From Octopus vulgaris (lineage: Eukaryota): 64,000 nt of DNA. This document shows positions 12,479 through 26,221 of the stretch, in pieces. The notes beneath the pieces are model-generated. The model saw only the letters and a list, made by a program, of their open reading frames with translations, did not search any database and was not told where the DNA came from. A program made the position numbers and the translations under genes. The stretch's first letter is position 1, and the number at the start of each line of letters is the position of its first letter. The stretch lies in assembly GCA_951406725.2 (NCBI GenBank), contig OX597820.1, forward strand, positions 16,120,001 to 16,184,000, written 5' to 3'.

Positions 12479-12846
12479 CTAGCACTATGACCCGGCGTTG
12501 CCGGGTCATAGTGCTAGTGCATGCATATACAGCTGCGCGCGTGCGCACATACACGCGAGTATTGTCCAAATCTCCGACCAATCACATACAGCTAGCTGGC
12601 ATTCGATTGACGTATTAAGTTTCGGGCATTTTGATTGGGTTTTGGATAGAAAATTCACAAAAAAGGTAACTTCTATTGATTTTTTTCTATTGCGGGGTGA
12701 CTGGGGAAATGTAAAGATGTGCACGACCATCCTTGAGCGGTTTTGAATGACCATAGAAAGTGCGAGCCCTCTAACGGAAAAATTGTGGATTTGTATAAAG
12801 GATACACACACAGACAGACAGACATTTTGCCTTTTATATATATAGA
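12479..12846 (-). mobile_element. Non-autonomous Helitron
   Basis: Minus strand 5' TCTATATATATAAAAGG then (CTGT)n; 3' CCCGGCAACGCCGGG hairpin and CTAG|T. Confidence 0.85.
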
Positions 12847-12890
12847 TATATATGTCTGTGTGTGCGTGTGTGTGTGTATACATGTGTGTA

Positions 12891-12933
<43 letters not shown>

Positions 12934-13402
12934 AATAACGTGCAGCTATCAACCCATTTAGTGTGATTTTTCTACGCACTCTGTAGCGTTATGTGGGTAG
13001 CATATACACGTACACACACACACACACACACAGAAATAGAGAGCGTGAGAGAGAAAGAAAGAAAGGAAACAGGATTTTTTCACGTTTCCCCTTTGACTTA
13101 CCTGTTACTCGAACCCTTGTACCATTACTTTTGAACAGAAGACAAAACACACGGCACCACGTTTCTTTGAATAATAAATAAGAAAAACCTGAGTTGTTTG
13201 AAACTGTTGGAGTTTGATTTTAATTCTGCGTTTTGTGTTGTTTCATCAAACAAACAAGATTTATATACAGGCAGGTGGTCAGGAGAATATTTGCGTAGGT
13301 TGGTATGTGCGCGCGTGAGCATGTGTGTGCGTATGTGTGTGTGTATGTGTGTGTGTGTGAACATTACATGAATAATGAATATATCCGCGTATTACGTACA
13401 CT

Positions 13403-13462
<60 letters not shown>

Positions 13463-13750
13463 ATAAATAAAAATATATGCATACATACAAACATATATGT
13501 ACGTATATATATGTGTGTGTGTGTATGTATGTAAGTATGTATATGTATGTGTGTATATATATGTATATGTATATATAGAGATGTAAATATATATATATAT
13601 ATATATACACGTATATATATATAATACATATTACCTTCATTTTATATATATAAATATATTTATATTTATATATAGAAAATGAAGGTAATATGTATTATAT
13701 ATATATATATATATATATACACGCATATCTATCTCTATATATACACACAC

Positions 13751-13781
<31 letters not shown>

Positions 13782-14517
13782 TGTATGATTGTATGTATGT
13801 ATGTATGTATGTATGATTGTATGTATGTATGTATGTATGTGAATATATATATTCACAAGGAGGTATATATATAAATACGTACATTCATATATATATATGT
13901 ATGAACTCATACATAGATACCCAACGATACGTACCTACACACACACAAACACACACACACCCAAACACATCACCACCACCACCACACACCACGTATATGA
14001 CAAAGCTGCAAAGCACGAACAGCGGAGACTCTAATCCTGTTTTTCTTTTCAGAGGAAGAAGAAAAACTCACGAAAAGAAAGAAAGGGAAAAAAACAAAAA
14101 AAACAAAAAATAATAAATAAAGAAACACAAAAAAAAAAAAGAATGAAAGAGAAGAAAGAAAACGAAGGAAAAATAAGGAAATAACGGAGAGAAATACATA
14201 GAAACGCTTCCTTGACAACGTTTAATGCCCAAAGACTCTTTGTTCTTAATCCTTCTCAGATCTATTGTCGTCATTACTTTACTTGTACTTCCTGTCGCTT
14301 CTACCTGTTTGCTGCTTGACTTCCTGATAGAGTTTTGTCTCCTTGTTTTTTTTTGTTATTGTTATTCACATTAGATATATATATATATGCATCTTCCCAC
14401 CCATCCCAGTCCCGTGATCCTACCTCTCACAATCTACTTTCTTCTTTTCTTTCGCCTTCATCATAATTACTTTTTTTTTTACCTGTAAATATCTATCTAT
14501 CTGTCTGCCTATCTGTA

Positions 14518-14596
<79 letters not shown>

Positions 14597-14796
14597 TATA
14601 TCTATCTATCTATATTTGTCTATCTATCAATTTATCTATCTATCTATTTATCTATTTATTTATTTATCTGGTTACCTTTTTGACTGTCAGTCTTCTTACC
14701 TGTTTATTAGCTACTCTCTCTTTCCCCCCTTCTCTCTCTCTCTTCTCTCTCTTTTCTCTCTCTCACTATATATATATATCTGTTTATCTATCTGTC

Positions 14797-14841
<45 letters not shown>

Positions 14842-15004
14842 AATCTGTCTGTCTGCCTGCATGCGTGGTTCCTTATCTCTCGTCATTATGCATATATCCC
14901 GCCGTCTGTTTTTCTCTTCACAACAATCTTCCTAGCAATTTGTTATATACTCACTCGTCACATTCTCCTCTCCATACCTTTTTCTCTGCGCAAACCTTAT
15001 ATAT

Positions 15005-15218
15005 ATCACGTGATCACGTGACCGACCAGGCTATCAGACGTTGCTACACATCGCTGGTCACAATGCGCTTCTCATTGTTTTAGCCTTCAGATGATGCTAC
15101 CCCGCTGGCTAAGCGAGCAGGCCAACAGAAGAAAGAGTGAGAGAAAGTTGTGGCGAAAGAGTACAGTAGGGATCGCCACCGCGAGTCCGATGCCCTAACC
15201 ACTGGGCCATTGCGCCTC

Positions 15219-15220
<2 letters not shown>
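15005..15220 (-). mobile_element. Internally deleted SINE family C
   Basis: Head ggaggcgcaatggcccagtggttaggg and cacgtgatcacgtga tail. Confidence 0.7.
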
Positions 15221-15263
<43 letters not shown>

Positions 15264-15667
15264 CCCTCTGATTTTAATTATTCAAATTCTTCCCCTGAGG
15301 AAGGAGCTGGTTTCTATCAAAGATACAATGCTCCATCACTGCAATGTAGATAATGAAAACAACGTCGCATTTTAAACTTCCATATTTTTACAGTTCCACT
15401 CAAAGATTTGTAATTGTACTTTGCGAATCTGTTGGTTGATTTCTTTTTCTAAAATCCCAGCTTATCAACATTGTCACGTGGGCATTTACTATGTATGTAT
15501 GTATGTATGTATGTATGTATGTATGTATGTATGTATGTATGTATGTATGTATGCATGCATGCAAGCATACAACGTTATTCTCGGGTCTTTTTAGTATTTT
15601 AATTCTGACTCATGTAACAGAAAAGAAATTTCTCAAGAAAATATACGTATTTAACAGTTAATATTCA

Positions 15668-16330
15668 TTTCTTTATTGCCCACAGGGGGCTAAACATAGA
15701 GGGGGCAAACAAGGACAGACAAAGGGATTAAGTCGATTACATCAGCCCCAGTGCGTAAATGGTACTTATTTAATCGTCCCCGAAAGGATGAAAAGCAAAG
15801 TCAACCTCGGCGGAATTTGAACTCAGAACGTAAAGACGGATGGGCGGACGAAATACCGCAAAACATTTTGTCCGACGTGCTAACGATTCTGCCGGCTCGC
15901 TGCCCTAAGTTAATATTATCAGTTAATATTATCCCATTTAGTAAAGGTGGTGAGCTGGCAGAAACGTTAGCGCGCCGGGTGAAATGCTTAGCGGTATTTC
16001 GTCTGCGTTACGTTGTGAGTTCAAATTCCGCCGAGGTTGACTTTGCCTTTCATCCTTTCGGGGTCGATTAAACAAGTACCAGTTACGCACTGGGGTCGAT
16101 ATAATCGACTTAATCCCTTTGTCTGTCCTTGTTTGTCTTCTCTGTGTTTAGCCCCTTGTGGGTAATAAAGAAATAGGTATTTCGTTTCCCTCTGAGTTCA
16201 AGTTCAGCCGAGATTGACTTTGCCTTTCGTCATTTTGGGGTCGATAAATTAAGTACCAGCTGCGTACCAGCTGCGACTAGCCCCTTTCCCCAAAAATTTC
16301 AGGCCTTATGTCTATAGCAGACAGGATTAT
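15668..16330. mobile_element. Head-to-head SINE family A copies (one -, one + with duplicated body)
   Basis: Family A body on - at 15668-15905 and on + at 15945-16330. Confidence 0.75.
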
Positions 16331-17562
16331 TTCATTTAGTAACGATCCACAATGTCCACTATAATGTTCAATACATAATCGGCCTCATTTATCTGTAATT
16401 GTTAAAATCGAGTCTATTAAGTATGCTGTGGTTCAAGTATTCGTTACTTCTTCATCCTGGGGATCTCATAAACTTATATTCTGTCACTAAAATTGTTTGA
16501 CTGTGTTCACCACCTGGAAGTTAGCTTAATCACTAAATACTGTCGTACTAAGTTAATCTGTGTATCCAACTTAACGTGGCCGTTTTGTTAGAACGCCGAG
16601 TAATGCGGTATTTACCTTGAGAGATGATTTTTCATATGAATGTATGGTACACAAAAACACGTATTTATATCGTTGGTAAGCGTGAATCGTCTGTCAACGT
16701 ACTGCGACTCCTCGGTGACAGCCGTCCGCTAGGCGTACGCCAACCGAATCTCACTGCCAACGATATATAAAATTTCAGTGACTTTTCAGGCACCGATGTC
16801 GCAAATACCAGTCGGCCTGTTAAAAAAGTAATTACTAGCCACAGAACATCCACGTTAAATTGGGAACAAAGATTGCTTTCTGGTATTAATGCTCTTCAGT
16901 CACTAATAATTACTTACTAAGGTTGTATCACTGGTTATTGGATGCTTCAATAACGCGTTCACACATCGACAGTTTCGTAGTCTTTATCATAGCCAGATAT
17001 TCATAGAGCATTGACAAATGAATTCGTTTCATGTCAATAGATTTTTAGATACTTTTAAATAGGACTGTGGGAGCTGCCGAGCATCATTGACGTCTGCCGT
17101 ATTGAAATGTGTAGATTTCCTTGAAAACAAATGGTAACTGGGCTGTATTTAACTGAGTTGTTTCGCTTCATGGATCAAAGCAGATCTTCAACATCCTGTT
17201 ACTTTAAATTGTTTTAAAATTTCGCAATAGACAGCATGAATAACAGGATGCCGATTTATTTCTTGTTTCAAAATTTTTTGGACACACTCTTAACTATTGA
17301 TTCGTTACATCGTGACATTGTTATAACAACGAATATTCAACACTAAACTTCATATGTATTCTTAATACGATCTGCAAGATTCGAACGGGAATAAACCAAT
17401 CGCTGCCGTGTTTTTTTTTTTTTTTTATAGAAGAACAACTTTACGATAAATGTGTATTCATAACAAACTCGATTCATTAGCGCGAGACTCCAAGACAACT
17501 AGGGTTTCAACATCATTGTGTATCATCAGCTAGAAGCATTCAAATTAATGAAGCTAATAAGA

Positions 17563-17690
17563 CATCATCATCATCATCATCATTGTTCGACCGTGGTCGA
17601 GACAATGGAATTTACCATGCTACGCCAGACTTCACGGTCCATCATGGCATTACGGAGGTCATGTTGTTGGATGCCTGTATCCCTGGAGAG
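17563..17690 (-). mobile_element. Extreme 3' fragment of an RTE-type LINE with (TGA)n tail
   Basis: Minus strand translates SRDTGIQQHDLRNAMMDREVWRSMVNSIVSTTVEQ*, with the DR..WR C-terminal motif, then (TGA)n. Confidence 0.65.
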
Positions 17691-17744
17691 ACATACAGAT
17701 TTTGCTTATAACTTCAGCCAATAACTCTTTTTTATAACTTCAGC

Positions 17745-18151
17745 AAATATTCTACTCAATACCACAGATTTGCTTGTCCTTAACCAGTTGCGCATGTCCC
17801 TGACGATATACGAATCTCTGATCAAGAGCTGAAATAGTGGGGGAGCATCAGAGCAATTCTTTGGGGTTTGAATAACCCACCTCTGGAAACATGGGTGTTT
17901 CGTTCATCATCTTTAAACAAACCTAATTCAGGGACCTTTTAAGCGGATGGGCTACTCAACCTGAATAAAATCCTAACTGGGCCCCATTTGCAAGGTGAAG
18001 TGCTGTATATCTTGATTTCAGATCATCATATCGTGCACTTATAGTTGTGATGCATGTGTCAGGTGTACCAGACGCGTAGTCATGATAGGTATATTGGTCT
18101 TCGTATATTTGAACCCGTGCCACTTTGATGGCATGCGCTGCTCTCTCACTC

Positions 18152-18202
<51 letters not shown>
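17745..18202 (+). mobile_element. (TAA)n-tailed interspersed repeat, same family as 163-385 and 45345-45880
   Basis: Ends gctctctcactc-(AAT)n. Confidence 0.65.
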
Positions 18203-18204
<2 letters not shown>

Positions 18205-18206
<2 letters not shown>

Positions 18207-18935
18207 TCTACTATAGGCACAAGGCCTGAAATTTTGGGGGAGGAGGCCAATTGTTTAGATCGACCCCAGGACGCAACTGGTACTTAATTTATCGACTTAA
18301 TTATTTCTTTATTACCCACAAGGGGCTAAACATAGAGGGGACAAACAAGGACAGACAAAGGTATTAAGTCGATTACATCGACCCCAGTGCGAAGGCGGCG
18401 AGCTGGCAGAAACGTTAGCACGCTGGGCGAAATGCGAAGCCGTATTTCGTCTGCCATTACGTTCTGAGTTCAAATTCCGCCGAGGTCGACTTTGCCTTTC
18501 ATCCTTTCGGGGTCGTTTAAATAAGTACCAGTTGCGCACTGGGGTCGATATAATCGACTTAATCTATTTGTCTGTCCTTGTTTATCCCTTCTGTGTTTAG
18601 CCCCTTGTGGGTAGTAAAGAAATAAGTATTTCGTCTGTCTTTACCTTCTGAGTTCAAATTCCGCCGAGGTCGACTTTGCCTTTCATCCTTTTGGGGTTGA
18701 TAAGTTAAGTACCAGTTAATTGACTGGCCCCCCTCCCCACTAGAATAGAAAAATAACAGGAGTTACAAGGCCTGCAATTTTGGTAGAGGGGGTAGTCTAT
18801 TACTTATTTCTAGGGGACAAACAAGGACAGACAAGCGGATTAAGTCGATTACATCGACCCCGGTGCGTAACTGGTACTTAATTTATCGACCCCGAAAGGA
18901 TGAAAGGCAAAGTCTATTACATCGATCCCAATGCT
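18205..18935. mobile_element. Nested SINE family A cluster
   Basis: A + strand copy with head at about 18393 interrupts minus-strand fragments. Confidence 0.7.
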
Positions 18936-19572
18936 CGGCTGGAACGTATTTTGTCGCTTACTCAATAAGTATTGAGCAATCTTTCAGTAAAATTGTTTTT
19001 AAACGGCTGTATGTGCGTGTGTATGTATGTATGTATATATGTGTGTATACTTGTGTGTGTGTGTGTGTGTGTGTGTGTTTGTGCGCGCGCGCGTGTATTG
19101 AAATTAAGTGACAACAAATTAAAATGGCGGACACACCTCAGCTACTAAAAGAGATTATTTGTATCCGCTGGGACTCGAGCTTACCTTTACGTTCTACGTT
19201 GCATTATATCATTTGAATATGCATCAAGTAATTTCAAAACACACACACGCACGCACGCTCACGTGTAAGCAAATACACACGCACGTACGCATGCGCGCAT
19301 TTCGAGTCTATCTCTCTCTCCTTCCCCTCTCCTCCCTCCCTTCCTCTCTCACTAATTCAATCCACTATTATTTCCTGCCTTTTAAACTTCGCTCTTATCG
19401 CTTTTTTCTACTTCTCCTTTCCTTATCATTAACATATAGACACTCACATTCGTAAACTCACACACACAAACACACACACACGCACGCAACACGCTCACAC
19501 ACACGTACATACATACATACACACATACATATACCTGTACACTCACACACACCTCAGATCTTTCCTTCCCAG

Positions 19573-19698
<126 letters not shown>

Positions 19699-19941
19699 GT
19701 CTATCTATCTATCTATCTTTCTATCTATTCTGCCTATCTATCTGTCTGTTTGTCTGTCTGTGTCTGTCTGTCTGTCTCTCTCTTTCTCTCTCTCTCTCTC
19801 ACTCTCTCTCTCTCTCTCTATCTCTATCTATCTATCTATCTAACGATCTATATCTCTTATTCCTTCCTGCCTTCGTCTTTCTCATACACACCTCCATTTG
19901 TCCTCCATTTGTCTTCCATTTCTTTCTCTCTTGCTTTCTCA

Positions 19942-19983
<42 letters not shown>

Positions 19984-20267
19984 AGTTTAATATTATAATT
20001 TCTCTTTTTCTTTGCTTCTTTTCCTTGCTTCATTATACCACTTTAACTTTCACTTCCTCTCTTCAATCATTGTTCTACTTCCGCTTCAATGTAGCTATCA
20101 ACCCAGCTTCCGGCGCTGACCAAACAACTACAGGGGATGTAAAATGGTTATCGTTTTAACAATTCCATCACACGACTTCTCATTGCTAATGAATTAGACA
20201 TTTGTCTTGGTCTTTCTATAAGGGAATTATTTTGATCACCACAACCGTCCTAATCGCTCTTCTTCTG

Positions 20268-20299
<32 letters not shown>

Positions 20300-20458
20300 T
20301 TTTTTCCCTTTTACGATCCCTTTTGATCGAAAACCTACGCCACCTTTTTTTATTTCGGTTCTTTTTTTTTTTGTTTTTTCATCCCCCAAAAGAAAAGCTC
20401 TACCTTGTAACTTGTCCCATCTGTGTGCAGCCCTGTGTGGCAATAAAGAAACATATAA

Positions 20459-20575
<117 letters not shown>

Positions 20576-20888
20576 CTTACCTATCTACCTACTCCCTACC
20601 TACAACTTACCTACTACCTACCTGTCTAGCTGTCTGTCTCTCTATCAATTATCTCTGCCTATCTACCTGTTTGTCAACCTGTCTCTTCAAGTATGTATGT
20701 ATGTCATTGTTCAGTTTTATTTCAAGATTTCTTTCCAATAGAGAAAGAGTCGGTTTTTAACCTAGATCCAGGGCTCCTTCATTAAAATTTCGACATCAAG
20801 AACAAGGTATATTTTGTATGTATGTATGGATGGATGGATGGATGGATGGATGGATGGATGGATGGATGGATGGATGGATGGATGTGAG

Positions 20889-21307
20889 CAGATTTGTATA
20901 TTTTGTTTTATGTACGTATTCTCATGCATATAGTTGCGCATCTAGACACGCTCATATATACTTAAATGATGAACTTCTGGAAAGTTTTACAGAATTATAC
21001 AGTTCCGGTGATGGATTGGATCTATGGTCTTTGAATTAGATTTCTCCTTTCTAGTTTTGAGAAGCCTAATTTCTCAAAATTGGTATTTAGGCAGTATGTT
21101 ACATATCCCAGGCCTCCAATAATTACAGGTATGAAACTAAACTAGTAATCTGGATAGAGTAACTGCAGATTTCTCAATAGTTCAGCATAGGTGTTCTCTT
21201 ATTCACTGACTTTCAGCTTTATGTTAACATCCATTGGGCAGTATGTATGTATGTATGTATGTATGTATGTATGTATGTATGTATGTATGTATGTATGCAT
21301 GTATGTA

Positions 21308-21343
<36 letters not shown>

Positions 21344-21357
21344 TGTATGTATGTGTG

Positions 21358-21393
<36 letters not shown>

Positions 21394-21700
21394 TGTATGT
21401 ATGTATGTATGTATGTATGTGTGTATGTATGCATGTATGTATGTATGTATGTACGTATGTGGAGTGACCTGACACATACATACACAAATACATTGGAGCC
21501 CTGGGATATGTAACACACTGCTGCAATACCAATCTCAAAACCAGAAGAGTGGAAGCTGATTCGAAGACCACAGATTCATGCCATCACTGGAACTATAAAA
21601 AGCTGTAAAACTTTCCAGAAGTTTATCATTTAAATCTATATGAGCATGTCTAGATATGCAACTATATGCATGAGAATACATACATAAAACATACAAATCT
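20889..21700. repeat. Diverged inverted repeat (~210-230-bp arms) around a (TATG)n tract
   Basis: 20889-21120 versus 21492-21700, e.g. tctcatgcatatagttgc/gcaactatatgcatgaga and acttctggaaagttttacag/ctgtaaaactttccagaagt. Confidence 0.8.
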
Positions 21701-21705
21701 GTACA

Positions 21706-21756
<51 letters not shown>

Positions 21757-22368
21757 CATACGTACTGGGTAGAATGTTACTCGGTACAACGTGTCGCATA
21801 GTCATAGTGTAGTCGGACCAAAACGGCGACCCTGCCAAGACGACTAGCTAAGAAAGGTGATTTACGTGGGACACTCTCCAGGATGAAAAACAAAACCTGT
21901 CAAAAGTTGAAGGAACTCAGCAGAGCCAATGGTCATCCACAGGTTGGAACTGAGGGAGCCCCTAATCTAATAAAAACTCTGATGTACCTCCGGTTACTCC
22001 GTTTGCATCCTGTGATGTATGTATATGTATATATATTAATGTATATGTGCATGCGTGTGTATATATGCGTTTGTGTATATGTATGTATATGAGTGTAAGA
22101 TTGTGTCCGGTGCATATGTGCGGTTTTCATGCACACGTCCCCTTCATTTATACGGATGTGCATATGTTTGTATATGTTGTGTCGACGCCCCCATACGATG
22201 AAGTAGGCTAGCCCAATACGCATATATAGGGAGAGAAGTCTAGACGTCGAGGGTTGAGTAGAGGTCATCCGAACGTGCGATATAACAGTATATGCACGGG
22301 TGTAGGTGTGTGAAGGGAGGTGTATGTATGTATGTATGTATGTATGTATGTATGTATGTATGTATGTA

Positions 22369-22429
<61 letters not shown>

Positions 22430-22467
22430 ATACATATATATGTGTGTACGCGGAAGTGTGAATGTAT

Positions 22468-22506
<39 letters not shown>

Positions 22507-22636
22507 TATTTATATACACGTATATTTATACGTATAAATGTCTAAATATAATATATATGTATTATGTTACGTGTATGCATGTAAGAAACTATGTGTACAT
22601 GTGGATGGGGTTGCATAGATATATACATATATATGT

Positions 22637-22959
22637 GAAGGTGCGTAGCTTAGTCATTAGAGTATTCGGTTCACTATCGTAAGGTCGTGAGTTCAATTCC
22701 CGGCGACGCGTTGTGCACTTGAGCAAGACATTTTATTTCACGTTGCTCCAGTCCACTCAGCTGGCAAAAATGAGTTGTACCCGTATTTCGAAGGGCCAGC
22801 CTTGTCACACTTTGTGTCACGCTGAATATCCCCGAAAACTACGTTAAGGGTACACGTGTCTGTGGAGTGCTCAGCCACTTGCACGTTAATTTCACGAGCA
22901 AGCTGTTCCGTTGATCGTATCAGCTGGGACCCTCGTCGTTGTAACCGACGGAGTGCTCC

Positions 22960-22960
<1 letters not shown>
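22637..22960 (+). mobile_element. tRNA-derived SINE with family C tail (..aaccgacggagtgc)
   Basis: B box gagttcaattccc; the 3' half matches 47805-47980. Confidence 0.7.
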
Positions 22961-23047
<87 letters not shown>

Positions 23048-23723
23048 TACATGTGTGCGTATGTGTTTAGATATGTATGTGCTTAGATATGAGTACGTAC
23101 ATACATATGTATATGTGTGTGTACATATAGGTATATATGTTTGTGTGAGTGTGTACGTATATAGACGTTGTGAACGCAGGAGATTTATGTCTACGTATTG
23201 TGAGTATATGGTTGCGTGTATTTTTTATCTTTTTTCTTTTCCATCTATTAGAGTTACTTCCCTTTTATTTAACAGTTTTTCATAGCGTCTGTTGCCATTA
23301 ATAGCCGACGAGAATGCATCGTAGCTCTTCGCTCCGACATTCGAAACCCCGAGTACTATCATGACAACCGTTTACTGTTTGTTCTAAAATATAACACACA
23401 CAACAACAACAACAACAACACACACACACACACACTCATACACACATACATATATGTAGGTATGTATGTATTTATGTATGTATGCATGCAAATAGAAAGA
23501 AAGCAGAGACTAAAGATTTTCAGTCGATGAATATTTGAATATAAACAGAGAGATATTTCTATATTGATAGATTGAACTTACACAGAGACAAACGACAGAG
23601 AAATTTAAAGGCATCGGAGTCTGACATTATAGAACTGTACCGGAATCTGAATTCGAATCATTTGATCGCTACGAAGTGTTTTCTACGCCGACAATCTCTA
23701 GATGTCATCTGTTGACTGCATGG

Positions 23724-23756
<33 letters not shown>

Positions 23757-23799
23757 CGGACGGACGGACGGATGGATGGCTGGATGGACGGACGGACGG

Positions 23800-24270
23800 A
23801 TGGTTTGTATTCTTCACTTTGTACCCACTTGCGTTTTTTTTCTTTCCTCCAATTTTGTCGCGACCCGTTATATTTATCTCGTGACCCACTGAAGGGTCTG
23901 GACCTACATTTTGAAAAACGCTGCCCCAGTCCATCTCCATTGTTCACTGGATGGATGGATGGATGTATGGATGGACGGACGGACGGATGGTTTATATTCT
24001 TCACTTTGTACCCGCTTGTGATTTTTTTCTTTCCTTCAATTTTGTCGCGACGCATTTTATTTCTCGCGGCGCATTGAAGGGTGGGGGCCCACAGTTTGTA
24101 AAACGCTGGTTTACATTCTTCATTTTGTACCCACTTGCGTTTTTTTTTCTTTCCTTCAATTTCAGTTATCTCGCGATCCATTTTATTTATCTCGTGACCC
24201 ACTGAAGGGTCTGGACACACATTTTGAAAAACCGCTGCCCTAGTCCATCTCCATTGTTCACTGGATGGAC
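23800..24270 (+). repeat. Three tandem diverged copies of a hAT-MITE-like end, interspersed with (GGAT/GGAC)n
   Basis: ttcactttgtacccacttgcg...gacccac..gggt..ttgaaaaacgctg recurs at about 23800, 23990 and 24108. Confidence 0.55.
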
Positions 24271-24477
24271 GGATGGGTGGGTGGGTGGATGGATGGAAAT
24301 AATAAGGCATTAGTGTAGAACAGCATCGATAAAAGTGAATACTTTTATAAAACTGAAAGCCTCAGGGTGGATAAAAAGCGACGCGTCATCTTTGTTAAAT
24401 TATACATTAAACTAGGTGAAATAATAAACTAGTGTCAATTCTATGTAAATGTATATATGTATGTATATATATATATG

Positions 24478-24528
<51 letters not shown>

Positions 24529-24577
24529 GTGTGTACGCGGAAGTGTGAATGTATTTCTGTATATATATATATATATA

Positions 24578-24640
<63 letters not shown>

Positions 24641-24645
<5 letters not shown>

Positions 24646-25996
24646 CAACAATTGAGGGTAAAATTAATTAATTATTAATCAATTTCACCAAGTGTTCAGT
24701 ATGCAAAGGGGCCATTTAAGGCGAATTCAAATTATTACATTATATAAAAGGGCTTAGTAAAATAAATTACTTTGCCGCATACTGAACTCATTAGAAATAG
24801 CAGCTAAAAAACTTTTTTTAAAGCTATTTCTAATACTTAAAGAAAATCTCTCTCATATATAGTGTTTGCTTAATTCAACTCACAAAAGTTTGGGGGTAAG
24901 GACATCAAAAAATCGAATGCTAAGGTTATTTGAGAACGTACGTTTCAAGATTAGTCAAAACAACACTTCTATCATCAGCTCAGAAACTCCTTGGTTTGGA
25001 TTTGGAAACACTGAAAGTAAGAACATACCCTTTCGAAGATCCGCTCGTAACTAACAGTGCCAACAAACCCAAATAAGCAAGCGAAGAATTTCTGTTCTTC
25101 CCTTTCCACCAGCGTGGGTTAAAATCATCAAACACTATGCTTATTTCGGTAAAATCCGAAGCATTAATTAGAGGGAGATTAATTATAATTTCAACAATTG
25201 AGGGTAAAATTAATTAATTATTAATCAATTTCACCAAGTGTTCAGTATACAAAGGGACCATTTAAGGCGAATTCAAATTATTACATTATATAAAAGGGCT
25301 TAGTAAAATAAATAGAAGTGTTGTTTTGACTAATCTTGAAACGTACGTTCTCAAATAACCTTAGCATTCGATTTTTTGATGTCCTTACCCCCAAACTTTT
25401 GTGAGTTGAATTAAGCAAACACTATATATGAGAGAGATTTTCTTTAAGTATTAGAAATAGCTTTAAAAAAGTTTTTTAGCTGCTATTTCTAATGAGTTCA
25501 GTATGCGGCAAAGTAATTTATTTTACTAAGCCCTTTTATATAATGTAATAATTTGAATTCGCCTTAAATGGCCCCTTTGCATACTGAACACTTGGTGAAA
25601 TTGATTAATAATTAATTAATTTTACCCTCAATTGTTGAAATTATAATTAATCTCCCTCTAATTAATGCTTCGGATTTTACCGAAATAAGCATAGTGTTTG
25701 ATGATTTTAACCCACGCTGGTGGAAAGGGGAGAACAGAAATTCTTCGCTTGCTTATTTGGGTTTGTTGGCACTGTTAGTTACGAGCGGATCTTCGAAAGG
25801 GTATGTTCTTACTTTCAGTGTTTCCAAATCCAAACCAAGGAGTTTCTGAGCTGATGATAGAATACTAATCTTATATATATATATGATGTCCTTATATATA
25901 TATATATAAGTATAGAAATAGCTTTAAAAAAGTTTTTTAGCTGCTATTTCTAATAGTTCAGTATGCGGCAAAGTAATTTATTTTACTAAGCCCTTT

Positions 25997-26005
<9 letters not shown>
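24641..26005. mobile_element. 546-bp Penelope-like unit as direct (1.2 copies) plus inverted, circularly permuted copy
   Basis: The unit 24641-25186 restarts at 25187. 25314-25863 is the reverse complement starting from an internal point (~24970). Confidence 0.75.
24931..24982 (-). ncRNA. Type I hammerhead, canonical core, weak stem II
   Basis: Minus strand TGAG-CTGATGA-TAGA..TCTT-GAAA-CGTACG-TT-CTCA, with palindromic stem III. Confidence 0.6.
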
Positions 26006-26040
<35 letters not shown>

Positions 26041-26159
26041 GTATATATATATGTAAATGTATATATATATATGTATATATATATGTATATATATATATGT
26101 GTGTGTATGTATATGTACATATATATATGTATATGTGTATGTATGTATGTATGTATGTA

Positions 26160-26221
<62 letters not shown>

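Noticed and set aside
21765-22015. Possible LINE 5' UTR fragment
   Set aside because: No diagnostic motif or second copy in the window, so it is left unassigned.
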